Assembly: GCF_021732705.1 (NCBI RefSeq) | Contig: NZ_JAKFUM010000006.1 | Location: 36,198-100,197 of the forward strand | DNA length: 64,000 nt | Reading direction: 5' to 3' | Source of the DNA: Nevskia sp. | GTDB lineage: Bacteria; Pseudomonadota; Gammaproteobacteria; Nevskiales; Nevskiaceae | Shown: positions 26,813-38,360 of the stretch, one piece after another | Numbering within the stretch: the stretch's first letter is position 1 | How the letters are laid out: each line of letters starts with the position of its first letter | Translations under genes and position numbers: made by a program | The notes under the pieces: generated by a model | What the model was told of the DNA's origin: nothing | The model's database searches: none | What the model saw: the letters and a program-made list of their open reading frames with translations, nothing else

Positions 26813-29548
26813 ATGAACACGGTAGCCTGGCTCGGCGCAGTGGCACGGCGCCCGCGCACGGTGCTGGCCACGGTCGCGATCGCCAGCCTGATCGCGCTGC
26901 TGATCTGCATCGATCCGCTGACCCGCAGCGTCCGTTTCCATGTCGACCCGTCGGCCGAGGCGCTGCTGCCGGCGCACGATCCCGGACGCGCCGTGCTCGA
27001 ACAGGTGCGCCAGACCTTCGGCGAGGACGATCCGCTGATCGTCGCGGTGCGCTTCGAGCCGCAGGTGCTGACGGCGGCCAATCTCGAAAAGGTTGCCGCG
27101 CTGACCGAGCGCTTCAAGGCGCTGCCCGGCGTCACCGGCGTGTTCTCGCTGGCAACGGCGCCGAATCTGCAGGCGACGGGCGACGAGATCGACGTCACCA
27201 CGTTCACCGAACAGGCGCGCGCGAACCCGGCGCTGATCGATGGTTTCGCCGGCCAGATCGCGGCGAATCCGCTGTATCGCGGCACGCTGGTGGCCGATGA
27301 CGGCGCCACGGCGGCGTTCGCGCTGACGGTGCCCGATCTGTCGCCGAAGGACTATCTGGCGGCGGATTTCGAAGGCCAGCTCCGGCGCGCGGCGGCCGAC
27401 ATCGCCGGGGACTCCAAAGTCCACCTCAGCGGCACGCTGCCGGTGCGCGCGGCCACCAGCGGCGCGCTGGACCGGACCTTGCGCTTCACCGTGCCGGCGG
27501 TGTTCGCGGTGATCGCGGTGTTCCTGCTGGGCGCTTTCCGCAGCCCGGTGGCGGCACTGTCGGCGCTGCTCGCTGTCGGCATCGCGCTGCTGTGGACGGT
27601 GGCGAGCGCGGTGCTGCTCGGCATCCGCTTCAATCTGGTCAGCGCCATCGTGCCGCCGCTGGTGATCACCATCGGGCTGTCGTACACGATCCACCTGCTG
27701 TCGGCGCATTTCCTGTCGAACAGCACGATCCCGGCGGCGCGTCCGACGCAACGCGCCGAGTGGGTGATGCGCCGGATCTCGACCGGCCTGACGCTGTCGG
27801 CGACGACCACCGTCATCGGCTTCCTGTCGCTGCTGCTGAACCCGCTGCCGGCCGTGCGCGATTTCGCCTGGCTGGCGAGCCTCGGCACCTTGTACATGGG
27901 CGCGCTGACGCACCTGTTCCTGCCGGCGCTGCTGAACGCTGGCGGCGTGCGCAAGCCGCTGCCGTCGATCGCCGCGCGTTTCTTCATTCCGTTCGCGGCA
28001 CGGCTCACGGCGTTCAACCTGCGTCATCGTCGCGCGATCATCGCCGTGGCCGCCGTGCTGATCGTCATCGGCTTTGCTGCGGCCGCGCGGATTCGCAGCG
28101 GCGCCGATTTCATCGCGAGCTTCGCCGAGACCACGACCGTCCGGCAGGATTTCGAAGCGATCAGCAAGACCTTCAATGGCGCGAACTTCATCACCGTCTA
28201 TCTCGACGGCCAGTTGCCGGAAGCCCTGACCAACCCGACCGTGATCGAGGCCATCGGCAGCTTTCAGGACTGGCTGCGGGCGCAGCCGGAAGTGGGGCAG
28301 GCGGTGTCGTTCGTCGATCAGCTGAAGCTGACCAATCTGGCGCTGAACAACAACGACCCGCTGTACTTCGCCATCCCCGACAACGCCCCGGCGATCAAGC
28401 AGATCCTGCTGTTCTCGAGCGGCGAGGCGCAGGCCCGCCTGATCGACCCGCAGTACCGCAGCGCGCTGATGTCGGTGCGGATCAATGTCGACGGCTCGCT
28501 GGCCATCGGCGATTTCCTCGAGCGGGTCGAAGCGCGGATGGCGGAACTGCCGCCGCCGGTGCAGGCGCGGCTGACCGGCAGCCCGGTGCTGGCCACGCGT
28601 GCCGTGAACCAGCTGGCCAGTGGCCATTTCGCGTCGATCATCATCGCCGTCATCGCGATCTGGGTGCTGCTGTCGCTGATGTTCACGTCGGCGCGCGCCG
28701 GTCTGATCGCGACCTTGCCGAACATCGTGCCGATCGCGGTCTACTTCGGCACGCTCGGCGTGCTCGGCATTCCGCTGAACCCGACGACCAGCCTGATCGC
28801 CTGCATCGTGCTCGGCATCGCCGTCAACGATACCGTGCACTTCCTCGCGCGGTTCAACAGCGATGCCCGCGAGCAGGGCAAGGAAGCCGGCGCGGTGCGC
28901 TCGGCGCTCGAGGCCGTGCTGCGACCGATCACGATGGCGACGATCTCGCTGTGCCTCGGTTTCCTCGTGTTCACCGGCAGCGAACTGCGCAATCAGGTGC
29001 AGTTCGGCGCGCTCGGCGCGTGGACCTTGTTCATGGCACTGATCGCGGACATGACGCTGACGCCGGCGCTCGGCTCGCGGCTGCGCATCGTCACCCTGTG
29101 GGACCTGCTGCGGCTCGATCTGGGCCGCAGCCCGCAGCACACGATTCCGCTGCTGTCCGGCCTGTCGAACCGGCAGGCGCGGCTGTTCGCGCTGATGTCG
29201 CGGCTGGAGCGGCAGCCGGCCGGTACCCGGATCATTCAGGAAGGCGAGATGGCGCGGGACATCTACGTCGTCGTCGATGGCACGGTCGAGGCCACGGTGG
29301 AGCGCGACGACGAGAAGCGCGTGCTGTCGACGATGTCGCGCGGCGCGGTGATGGGCGAGGCCGGTTACTTCGGCCAGCGCCGCACGGCCAGTGTCGACAC
29401 CGTGACCGATGTCCGGCTGCTGCGCTTCAACTCGCAGGATCTGGAGCGCCTGCGCGAACGCTATCCGGCAATCGCGGCGACCGTGTTCCGGAATCTGAAC
29501 CGGATCCAGGCCGAGCGCATCGCGCGCATGACGGCACTGGTGCGCTGA
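26813..29548 (+). CDS. MMPL/RND-family transporter with a C-terminal cyclic-nucleotide-binding domain
   Basis: Two RND halves (IGLSYTIH, LGIAVNDTVHF), then IIQEGE, IYVVVDGTVE and GEAGYFGQRRTAS. Confidence 0.88.
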   Translation: MNTVAWLGAVARRPRTVLATVAIASLIALLICIDPLTRSVRFHVDPSAEALLPAHDPGRAVLEQVRQTFGEDDPLIVAVRFEPQVLTAANLEKVAALTERFKALPGVTGVFSLATAPNLQATGDEIDVTTFTEQARANPALIDGFAGQIAANPLYRGTLVADDGATAAFALTVPDLSPKDYLAADFEGQLRRAAADIAGDSKVHLSGTLPVRAATSGALDRTLRFTVPAVFAVIAVFLLGAFRSPVAALSALLAVGIALLWTVASAVLLGIRFNLVSAIVPPLVITIGLSYTIHLLSAHFLSNSTIPAARPTQRAEWVMRRISTGLTLSATTTVIGFLSLLLNPLPAVRDFAWLASLGTLYMGALTHLFLPALLNAGGVRKPLPSIAARFFIPFAARLTAFNLRHRRAIIAVAAVLIVIGFAAAARIRSGADFIASFAETTTVRQDFEAISKTFNGANFITVYLDGQLPEALTNPTVIEAIGSFQDWLRAQPEVGQAVSFVDQLKLTNLALNNNDPLYFAIPDNAPAIKQILLFSSGEAQARLIDPQYRSALMSVRINVDGSLAIGDFLERVEARMAELPPPVQARLTGSPVLATRAVNQLASGHFASIIIAVIAIWVLLSLMFTSARAGLIATLPNIVPIAVYFGTLGVLGIPLNPTTSLIACIVLGIAVNDTVHFLARFNSDAREQGKEAGAVRSALEAVLRPITMATISLCLGFLVFTGSELRNQVQFGALGAWTLFMALIADMTLTPALGSRLRIVTLWDLLRLDLGRSPQHTIPLLSGLSNRQARLFALMSRLERQPAGTRIIQEGEMARDIYVVVDGTVEATVERDDEKRVLSTMSRGAVMGEAGYFGQRRTASVDTVTDVRLLRFNSQDLERLRERYPAIAATVFRNLNRIQAERIARMTALVR

Positions 29549-29669
29549 CGCCGCATGCGCTGCGGAAGGGGCCGCGAACAGCGCCGCGGGTGACGCTGCC
29601 GGACAGCGCCGCTGCCATACTGCGCGCCATCGCTTGCACTCCATTCGAAACGCTCATCGGGGACAACAC

Positions 29670-30572
29670 ATGCTCAGGAAATGGCTCATCGCCGCGGTCG
29701 TCGCGGCACCGGTCGTGGCGGCGGCGCAGGGTCCGCAGGCGGCACCGATCAAGACCACCCGGATCGCCGGCTCGGTCTCGATGCTGGAAGGCGTCGGCGG
29801 CAACATCGGCGTGTCGAGCGGGCCGGACGGCATCGTCATTATCGACGACCAGTACGCGGTGATGTCCGACAACATCCGCAAGGCCCTGCAGGCGCTCGGA
29901 CCGCAGCCGCTGAAGTTCATCGTCAACACGCACTGGCACGGCGACCACACCGGCGGCAACGAAGGCTTCGGCAAGGCCGGTGCCGTGATCGTGGCGCATG
30001 ACAACGTCCGCAAGCGGATGAGCACCGAACAGTTCATCAAGGCCTTCGGCCTCAAGGTGCCGGCATCGCCCGCCGCCGCGCTGCCGGTGATCACGTTCGC
30101 CGAAGCGGTGACGTTCCACCTGAACGGTGACGAGATCAGCGTCACGCACGTCGAGGCCGGCCACACCGACGGCGACAGCATCGTGCTGTTCAAGAAGGCC
30201 AACGTGTTGCACACCGGCGACCTGTTCACCAACGGCACGTATCCGTTCATCGACGTGTCGAGCGGTGGATCGATCGATGGCGTCATCGCCAATGTCGGCC
30301 GGCTGATCAACAGCGTCGACGACGACACGAGGATCATTCCGGGCCACGGTCCGCTGGGCGACCGTCAGGCGCTGATCGCGTACCGCGACATGCTGTCGAC
30401 GGTTCGCGGACGCTTGAAGGCGGCGATCCAGCGCGGCGACAGTCTGGCCAAGATCCAGTCGGACAAGCCGACGGCCGATCTCGATGCCGTCTGGGGCAAG
30501 GGTTTCCTGAAGCCGGAGCAGTTCGTCGCGATCGTCCACGCGAGCCTGCTGGCGCCGCCGTCGGACAACTGA
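29670..30572 (+). CDS. Exported metallo-beta-lactamase-fold hydrolase (cyclase-like)
   Basis: Signal peptide, [17 protein letters not shown] (HxHxDH), GHTDGD, HTGD, PGHG. Confidence 0.9.
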   Translation: MLRKWLIAAVVAAPVVAAAQGPQAAPIKTTRIAGSVSMLEGVGGNIGVSSGPDGIVIIDDQYAVMSDNIRKALQALGPQPLKFIVNTHWHGDHTGGNEGFGKAGAVIVAHDNVRKRMSTEQFIKAFGLKVPASPAAALPVITFAEAVTFHLNGDEISVTHVEAGHTDGDSIVLFKKANVLHTGDLFTNGTYPFIDVSSGGSIDGVIANVGRLINSVDDDTRIIPGHGPLGDRQALIAYRDMLSTVRGRLKAAIQRGDSLAKIQSDKPTADLDAVWGKGFLKPEQFVAIVHASLLAPPSDN

Positions 30573-30600
30573 GTCGCCGACGCAGGCGCACCGCCACCGG

Positions 30601-31107
30601 ATGTCCCGCTACCGCGAGCCGCAGCCGAAAAGCTCTCCGTACATCACCGCGGAGGGCGCGGCGCGACTCAAGGCCGAGTACGACCAGCTCTGGCGGGTGC
30701 GCCGGCCGGAGGTGGTGCGGGCGCTGTCGGCGGCGGCAGCCGAGGGCGATCGTTCCGAAAACGCCGAATACATCTACAGAAAGAAGGAGTTGCGCGAGAT
30801 CGACCGCCGCGTGCACTACCTGCAGATGCGCATTCCGGATCTGAAGGTGGTCGACGCAGCACCCGGTGACCCGAGCAAGGTGTTCTTCGGCGCCTGGATC
30901 GACGTGGCCGACGATGCCGGTGTCGAGCATCGCTACCGGATCGTCGGCGCCGACGAGATCGACCCGCCACGCGGCTACATCAGCATCGACTCGCCGCTGG
31001 CGCGGGCGCTGCTGAAGCGTTCGGAAGGGGATGTGGTGAAGGTCGCGCTGCCCGGCGGGGAAAGCGAACTGGAATTGCTGGCGGTGCGTTACGGCGCTTC
31101 GCCGTGA
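30601..31107 (+). CDS. greB: Transcription elongation factor GreB
   Basis: [53 protein letters not shown]. Confidence 0.93.
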   Translation: MSRYREPQPKSSPYITAEGAARLKAEYDQLWRVRRPEVVRALSAAAAEGDRSENAEYIYRKKELREIDRRVHYLQMRIPDLKVVDAAPGDPSKVFFGAWIDVADDAGVEHRYRIVGADEIDPPRGYISIDSPLARALLKRSEGDVVKVALPGGESELELLAVRYGASP

Positions 31108-31123
31108 CGCACTCCGGATTCAG

Positions 31124-31154
31124 CGCGGGCGCTTGATGCGATCAAGCGCCCGCG
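31124..31154. terminator. Perfect 14-bp hairpin between the convergent greB and flavodoxin genes
   Basis: CGCGGGCGCTTGAT-GCG-ATCAAGCGCCCGCG. Confidence 0.6.
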
Positions 31155-31166
31155 GACGACCTGCGA

Positions 31167-31745
31167 TCAGGCAACGCCTTTGAACTGCTTGGTGATCTGG
31201 CCGATGCGCTCGCCGTACAGACGGGCGGTTTCCAGATCGCCCGGCAGCGGGCCTTCGTCGGGGCCGACGTCGCTCGGTGACTGCGCCAGCGCTCCGGAAA
31301 ACGCGCCGAGGTAGTTGACGTCGTTGCGCGTGGCCTTGCCCGAGTTCGATGGCATCAGCCCGGTGCCGACCCAGATCATGCTGTGCTGCATGGCCAGCGT
31401 GATCAGGTACTGGATCGTGGCGCCCTTGTCGCCGTTCATCGATGCCGAATTGGTGAAGCCGCCGGCGATCTTGTTCTTCCACTTCTGGCCGAACCATGGC
31501 TTGGAGCTGGCATCGGCAAACTTCTTGAAGTCCGCCGAGACGCCGCCCATGTAGGTCGGCGAGCCGAAGATGATGGCGTCGGCCTCTTCCAGCGCGGTCC
31601 AGACGTGATCGTTGAGATCGGCGACGTTGATCAGCTGCACGCCGATGCCGCCGACGCCGGCCACGCCTGCCCCGACGCTTTCCGCCTGCTTCTTGGTGTG
31701 GCCATAGCCGCTGTGATAGGCGATGACGATCTTGACCTTGTTCAT
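31167..31745 (-). CDS. WrbA-like flavodoxin family protein
   Basis: YHSGYGHT, IIFGSPTYMG, GGFTNSASMNGDK. Confidence 0.9.
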   Translation of the reverse strand: MNKVKIVIAYHSGYGHTKKQAESVGAGVAGVGGIGVQLINVADLNDHVWTALEEADAIIFGSPTYMGGVSADFKKFADASSKPWFGQKWKNKIAGGFTNSASMNGDKGATIQYLITLAMQHSMIWVGTGLMPSNSGKATRNDVNYLGAFSGALAQSPSDVGPDEGPLPGDLETARLYGERIGQITKQFKGVA

Positions 31746-31928
31746 GTGCTTGCTCCTCGCGACTTGTCTGTTTGGTATCGAAAGGCACGCCCAGTTCGTG
31801 CCGATGGCGAACCTTAACCCGACGCATGCCAGATTTGTGTGAATGCCGCGGCTGTGCCTGCGGCCGGCTTGATGTCGATCAGCGTGGCGTTCGTGACGGC
31901 GGCACGGCGGCCTCCACTACAATGCAGG

Positions 31929-32984
<1,056 letters not shown>

Positions 32985-33090
32985 GCGAACCCGCGCATTG
33001 CCCCGCGCGCGCTCCGCGCCATCGTCCGCCGGCTGTCTTGCTGCGCTGCGACATCCGCTACCATTACAGTGACTTGCCAGTGAAATCCGG

Positions 33091-33540
33091 ATGAACCCAG
33101 CGCTGTTCACGTGGCCCCTGCGGGTCTATTACGAAGATACCGACGTCAGTGGCGTGGTCTATCACGCGAACTACCTGAAGTTCTTCGAGCGCGCCCGCAC
33201 CGAGTGGCTGCGTGCGCTGGGCTATTCGCAGGAGGCGCTGCGACACGAGGTTCAGGTGGCGTTCACGGTCAGCCACGTAGAAGTCGCGTTTCGAATGCCG
33301 GCGCGGCTCGACGACGAGCTGATCGCGAGTGTCGCGGTCACCGAGTGTCGACGTGCCAGCCTGACGATGGCTCAGGAGCTTCGGCTGGCGCAGGACGCAA
33401 CGCGGCTGCTGGCGACGGCGCAGGTGCGCGTGGCCTGTGTCGACGCCGTGCAGTTCAAGCCCTGCGGTCTGCCCGCGGGCCTGCGCGAGCGGCTGGTGCC
33501 GCGTCTGCCGCAGCCGGCGCGGCAAGCGACAACCCATTGA
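33091..33540 (+). CDS. ybgC: Tol-pal-associated acyl-CoA thioesterase
   Basis: [30 protein letters not shown]; located upstream of tolQ. Confidence 0.93.
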   Translation: [149 protein letters not shown]

Positions 33541-33568
33541 TCAAGAAAGATAAAAGGAAGAATTGCGC

Positions 33569-34255
33569 ATGAGTGGCACGATCTCGCTGTCGCAACTGGT
33601 ACTGCAGGCCAGCATCCCGGTCCAGCTGGTGATGGGCGCGCTGCTGGCGGCGTCGCTGACGTCCTGGGCGGTGATCCTCGCCAAGCGCGGACTGCTGGCG
33701 CGCATCCAGAATCAGGCGATCGCGTTCGAGGCCAAGTTCTGGTCCGGCGGCTCGCTCGCCGATCTGTACGAAGGCTTGCGGCGAGGTCGTGATCCCGAGG
33801 AAGGCCTGCCGCAGATCTTCCGGGCCGGTTACGAGGAATACACGCGGCAGCAGTCGCTGAAGGGCCAGACCGACGACGCGCTGGCCGCCGTGCAGCGCCA
33901 GATGCGCGTGGCGATGTCGCGCGAGACCGAGAAGCTCGAAGGCGGGCTGAGCCTGCTGGCCACGATCGGCTCGACCAGCCCGTACGTGGGCCTGCTCGGC
34001 ACCGTATGGGGGATCATCAATGCCTTCGTCGCGATCGGCAACGTCAAGCAGGCCACGCTGGCGAGCGTTGCGCCCGGCATTGCCGAGGCGCTGATCGCGA
34101 CCGCCATCGGCCTGTTCGCGGCGATTCCGGCGGTCATCGCCTACAACTTCTTCACCGCGCGGGTCGACAGCATCGAGAATCGCTTCTCGACGTTTGCGGA
34201 AGAAATGACCGGCATTGTCGAACGCGGCCTGCGCGGCGGCTCGAGGAACGCCTGA
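33569..34255 (+). CDS. tolQ: TolQ
   Basis: LATIGSTSPYVGLLGTVWGI, VAPGIAEALIATAIGLFAAIPAV. Confidence 0.95.
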   Translation: MSGTISLSQLVLQASIPVQLVMGALLAASLTSWAVILAKRGLLARIQNQAIAFEAKFWSGGSLADLYEGLRRGRDPEEGLPQIFRAGYEEYTRQQSLKGQTDDALAAVQRQMRVAMSRETEKLEGGLSLLATIGSTSPYVGLLGTVWGIINAFVAIGNVKQATLASVAPGIAEALIATAIGLFAAIPAVIAYNFFTARVDSIENRFSTFAEEMTGIVERGLRGGSRNA

Positions 34256-34719
34256 TGGCGGGCTCGGTGTCACCGAAGAAGGGCAAGCGCCGGCTCGCGG
34301 CGGAAATGAACGTCGTGCCGTACATCGACGTGATGCTCGTATTGCTGGTGATCTTCATGGTCACCGCGCCACTGCTGACGCAGGGCATCGACGTCGAACT
34401 GCCGCAGGCGAGTGCCGAAACGATCACCGCCGACGACGAGCCGCTGACCCTGTTCGTCAATGCCCGCGGCGAGTATTTCCTCGACGCCGGCGGCGATACC
34501 AAGAAGCCGCTCGGCGACCAGACGGTGATCGACCGCGTCGGTGCGGTGCTGCGCAACAAGCCGCAGACCCTGGTGCTGATCCGCGCGGACAAGGCCGTGA
34601 CCTATGACCGCGTGGCCAACGGCATGTCGCTGCTGCAGGCGGCCGGTGCCGCGAAGATCGGCTTCGTCACCGATGCCCCGAGCGTGCCGCGCGGCGCGGA
34701 CAAACCGACGCGCGGATGA
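34255..34719 (+). CDS. tolR: TolR
   Basis: EMNVVPYIDVMLVLLVIFMVTAPLL. Confidence 0.95.
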   Translation: MAGSVSPKKGKRRLAAEMNVVPYIDVMLVLLVIFMVTAPLLTQGIDVELPQASAETITADDEPLTLFVNARGEYFLDAGGDTKKPLGDQTVIDRVGAVLRNKPQTLVLIRADKAVTYDRVANGMSLLQAAGAAKIGFVTDAPSVPRGADKPTRG

Positions 34720-35588
34720 AGCTTTCGTCGCGCCACTTCGTTGCGGCGGTTGCGCTGCATCTCGCCGTATTCGGCCTGCTGTTCAGCGGCGTGCAGTGCG
34801 GCCGCGTGCCGGAGCCGGTCAACATCATTCAGGGCCAGCTGATTTCGTCGAAGGAACTGCCGAAGCCGCAGGCCGAGCCGAAAGCACCGCCAACGCCGGA
34901 ACCGCCGGCACCGGAACCGGAAACGCCGAAGGCGAATCCCGAGCCGCCGAAGCCGGACCCGCAGGAAGTGCTGCGCGAGAAGAAGGCGGAGGAGGCGAAA
35001 GCCGCCGAAGCCAAGCGCGAGCAGGAGGTCAAGGCGGCCGAGCAGAAGGCCGCGCAGGACGCGCTGCTCAAAAAGCAGGCGGCGGAAGTCGCCGACAAGA
35101 AGCGGCTGGCCGAGGAAGCGAAGAAGAAGAAGGAAGCCGAAAACGCGAAGCGCGAGGAAGAACTGGCGCGCGCGGCGATCGAGGAAGAGGAAAAGCGGCT
35201 GCAGGCCGACAAGAAGAACAAGGCCGAGCAGGCCAAGCGCGATGCCGAAGCCAAGCGCGTGCGCGAAGCCGAACTCGCGGCCGCTCTCGGCGCCGAGGCG
35301 GAACAGCGCTCGGCGCAGGAGATCAGCTTGTGGGCCACGCAGCTGACGGCGGCGATCCAGCGGGTCTGGACCCGTCCGTCGACCGTCGACAACAACCTGA
35401 AATGCGTGATCAACATGCAGCTGTCGGCGACGGGTGAAGTGCTGTCGGCGAGCATCCGCACGCCAAGCGGCAACAGCCTGTTCGACGAATCCGTGCTGCG
35501 CGCGGTCTACAAGGCAAGCCCGATGCCGTTGCCGCGGGATCCCACCGTCTTCAAGCCCGGCATCAACATCACCTTCGTGCCGCGCTGA
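34716..35588 (+). CDS. tolA: TolA cell-envelope integrity protein
   Basis: TM anchor with HLAVF, Pro-rich and Ala/Glu/Lys-rich stalk, C-terminal SGNSLFDESVLRAV domain; synteny. Confidence 0.9.
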   Translation: MKLSSRHFVAAVALHLAVFGLLFSGVQCGRVPEPVNIIQGQLISSKELPKPQAEPKAPPTPEPPAPEPETPKANPEPPKPDPQEVLREKKAEEAKAAEAKREQEVKAAEQKAAQDALLKKQAAEVADKKRLAEEAKKKKEAENAKREEELARAAIEEEEKRLQADKKNKAEQAKRDAEAKRVREAELAAALGAEAEQRSAQEISLWATQLTAAIQRVWTRPSTVDNNLKCVINMQLSATGEVLSASIRTPSGNSLFDESVLRAVYKASPMPLPRDPTVFKPGINITFVPR

Positions 35589-35611
35589 CACCCACCCGAA
35601 CGAATCAGGAC

Positions 35612-36907
35612 ATGGCCATGAACAAGATCCTTGCGGGACTCCTGCTGTCGACCAGCTTCGCGGCGTCGGCCGATCTCGACATCACCGTGGTCGGCGGCGC
35701 CCGGGCCGCGCAGCCGATCGCCGTCGTGCCGTTCGCGCAGGCGACCGGCCAGCCGGCCGACATCGCCGCGATCATCGCCGCCGATCTCGATCGCAGCGGC
35801 CTGTTCCGTTCGCTGAAACGCGACGACATGAAGGGCTTCGACCCGCTGCCGACCGAGGAAGCGCAGGTCGACTACCGCACCTGGCGTGCGCTGGGTCAGG
35901 AAGCGCTGGTGATCGGCCGCGTGCAGGCCTTCACCGGCTGGGTCGCGAAGGCCAATGCCGAACTGTTCGACGTCTTCCGCACGACCAAGACCCTGAACAT
36001 CGAGGCGTCGGCCACGCGCGCCAGCGACTGGCGTTCGATGGCGCACAAGATGGCCGACCAGATCTACGAAAAGCTGACCGGCGTGCGCGGCGTGTTCGAC
36101 ACCCGCATCGCCTATGTCACCGTCGCCAATGTCGGCGGGCGGCGTCAGTACAAGCTGATCTGGGCCGATGCCGACGGCGAGAACCCGCGCGAGATCGCGC
36201 GCAGCTTCGAGCCGCTGCTGTCGCCGGCGTGGTCGCCGGACGGCAAGCGGATCGCGTATGTGACGTTCGAAGGCGGGCGTTCGAAAGTCATCATCCAGAC
36301 GCCGGCGACCGGCGAATACGTGACCTTCCTCGGCGAGAAGGGCATCAACAGCGCGCCGGCCTGGACCCCCGACGGCAACAAGCTGGTGGTGACGCTGAGC
36401 TTCCAGAAGAATTCCGATCTCTACGTCATCGACCTGGCGACCAAGGCTCGTCGCCGGCTGACCGACAGTTTCGCGATCGACACCTCGCCAACCGTTTCGC
36501 CCGATGGCCGGACCGTCGCGTTCCTGTCCGATCGCAGCGGAACCGCGCAGATCTACACGGTCAGCATCGATGGAGGCGAGGCACGGCGGCTGACTTTCGA
36601 CGGACGGCGCAACGAGCAGCCCCGTTTTTCGCCAGATGGCAAGACTCTTGCACTAGTCAACTACGACGGTTCCGGTTATCGTATTGGGCTTGTGGATGTC
36701 GCAACCAAGGCCATGCGCCTGGTCAGTGACGGACCGCTGGATGAAGGTCCGAGCTTTGCCCCAAACAGTGCCGTCGTGATCTACACACGCCAGGGTCCCA
36801 GTGGCGCGGAACTCGCGACCGTTTCGACGGATGGTGCAGTGCGGCAACAGTTGCGGCACACTGGTGAGGTTCGTGAACCGGCTTGGGCACCGTACGCCAA
36901 GCCCTGA
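35612..36907 (+). CDS. tolB: TolB beta-propeller protein
   Basis: Signal peptide, PIAVVPF, repeated SPAWSPDG/PAWTPDG/PSFAPN propeller motifs. Confidence 0.95.
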   Translation: MAMNKILAGLLLSTSFAASADLDITVVGGARAAQPIAVVPFAQATGQPADIAAIIAADLDRSGLFRSLKRDDMKGFDPLPTEEAQVDYRTWRALGQEALVIGRVQAFTGWVAKANAELFDVFRTTKTLNIEASATRASDWRSMAHKMADQIYEKLTGVRGVFDTRIAYVTVANVGGRRQYKLIWADADGENPREIARSFEPLLSPAWSPDGKRIAYVTFEGGRSKVIIQTPATGEYVTFLGEKGINSAPAWTPDGNKLVVTLSFQKNSDLYVIDLATKARRRLTDSFAIDTSPTVSPDGRTVAFLSDRSGTAQIYTVSIDGGEARRLTFDGRRNEQPRFSPDGKTLALVNYDGSGYRIGLVDVATKAMRLVSDGPLDEGPSFAPNSAVVIYTRQGPSGAELATVSTDGAVRQQLRHTGEVREPAWAPYAKP

Positions 36908-36986
36908 GCTTGTCAAGATTTCGTTAGTAGAGTTTTCCTGTCCGCGTCTTCTATTCGTTTTTGCTGTCGTCATGGAGTGTAAAAAA

Positions 36987-37499
36987 ATGCTGAACAACAA
37001 GTGGTTTGCCTGCGCTACCCTCGCTCTCACTGCCGTCGCCACCGGCTGCTCCAGCACCGGCGACAAGAATGCCAATGCTGCTGCCGAGCCGGTCAAGCAG
37101 ACGACCACCTCGCAGGGCTCGCCGGCTTCGACCGCCGCAGCCGCGTCGACCACCGGCACCCGTCCGGCCTCGACCCAGAGCGTCGTCTACTTCGACTTCG
37201 ACTCGAGCGATCTGAAGCCGGAATCGAAGGACGTGGTTGCTGCCTGGGCCCGTTACCTGACCGCCAACCCGACCGCGAAGGCCCAGCTGCAGGGCAACAC
37301 CGACGAGCGCGGCACCCGCGAGTACAACATCTCGCTCGGCGAGCGCCGCTCGGCCGCCGTCGGCGCCGCGCTGCAGTCGGCCGGCGTTGCCGCTGGCCAG
37401 CTCGAACTGACCTCGAACGGCGAAGAGAAGCCGGTCGCCACGGGTCACGACGAAGCCTCGTGGTCGCAGAACCGTCGCGTCGAGATCGTCGGCCAGTAA
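36987..37499 (+). CDS. pal: Peptidoglycan-associated lipoprotein Pal
   Basis: Lipobox ATGC, VYFDFDSS, GNTDERGTREYNISLGERR, NRRVE. Confidence 0.95.
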   Translation: MLNNKWFACATLALTAVATGCSSTGDKNANAAAEPVKQTTTSQGSPASTAAAASTTGTRPASTQSVVYFDFDSSDLKPESKDVVAAWARYLTANPTAKAQLQGNTDERGTREYNISLGERRSAAVGAALQSAGVAAGQLELTSNGEEKPVATGHDEASWSQNRRVEIVGQ

Positions 37500-37543
37500 T
37501 AATCGGCCTTCGATTCGAAACGAGATCGGCCACCGTGATCGAC

Positions 37544-38353
37544 ATGGACAAGTCCCGCAAGCTGTTCCGCGCCACTGCTCCGCTGCTTGCAGCGCTGACT
37601 CTGGCCGGGTGTGCGTCGAATTACGGTGGTCCGATCAACGGCGAGCAGGCGCTGAGTCCGGAAGAGCGGCGCCTGCAAGCGGTCGAGACGAAAGTCGCCG
37701 AGCTGTCGCGTCGCATCACCGCGAACGATGCCGGACGCGATCAGAAGTCGAGTCAGGAGTTGGGCCAGTTGCGCGGTCTGATCGAGCAGTTGCGTTACGA
37801 CTTCGACCAGGCGCAGCGGCGCAACCAGGAACTGGCCGGTTCGCTCGACGGTCGCCTGAAGACACTCGAAGCGGCTGCATTGGCCGCGGCTCCAGCCACG
37901 CTGGACGGCAGTCTGCCGCCGGGCGCAGTGCCCGGCGCCGTGACGCCACCGGTGGGTGCGGCGCCCGCCAGTTCGGCGGCCGACGAGGAAGCGCTCTACC
38001 TGCGCAGCTTCGATCAGTTGAAGGCAGCGAAGTACGACGATGCCATTCGCGGTTTCAAGTCGATGCTCGACAAGTACCCGCAAGGCAATTATTCCGACAA
38101 CGCCTGGTACTGGACCGGCGAGTGTCATTACATCAAGAAGGACTATCCGGCCGCGCTGTCGAGCTACCGCTCGCTGCTCGAGAAGTTTCCGGCCAGCCCG
38201 AAGGTGCCGGATGCGTTGCTGAAGACCGGCATCATCCAGCAGGAACAGAAGAAGAATGATCAGGCGCGAGCCGCTTACCAGCGCGTGATCAAGGAATTCC
38301 CGAACGCCAGCGCCGCCGCGCAGGCACGCAGCCGACTGGCACAGCTGAAATAG
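37544..38353 (+). CDS. cpoB: Tol-pal protein CpoB (YbgF)
   Basis: Lipobox LAGC, coiled coil, TPR region (NAWYWTGE, SPKVPDALLK); follows pal. Confidence 0.92.
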   Translation: MDKSRKLFRATAPLLAALTLAGCASNYGGPINGEQALSPEERRLQAVETKVAELSRRITANDAGRDQKSSQELGQLRGLIEQLRYDFDQAQRRNQELAGSLDGRLKTLEAAALAAAPATLDGSLPPGAVPGAVTPPVGAAPASSAADEEALYLRSFDQLKAAKYDDAIRGFKSMLDKYPQGNYSDNAWYWTGECHYIKKDYPAALSSYRSLLEKFPASPKVPDALLKTGIIQQEQKKNDQARAAYQRVIKEFPNASAAAQARSRLAQLK

Positions 38354-38360
38354 TGCGCCT

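Noticed and set aside
31133-31145. TTGAT...ATCAA resembling a second FNR box
   Set aside because: The spacer is 3 nt rather than 4, and the motif is the core of a hairpin between convergent genes.
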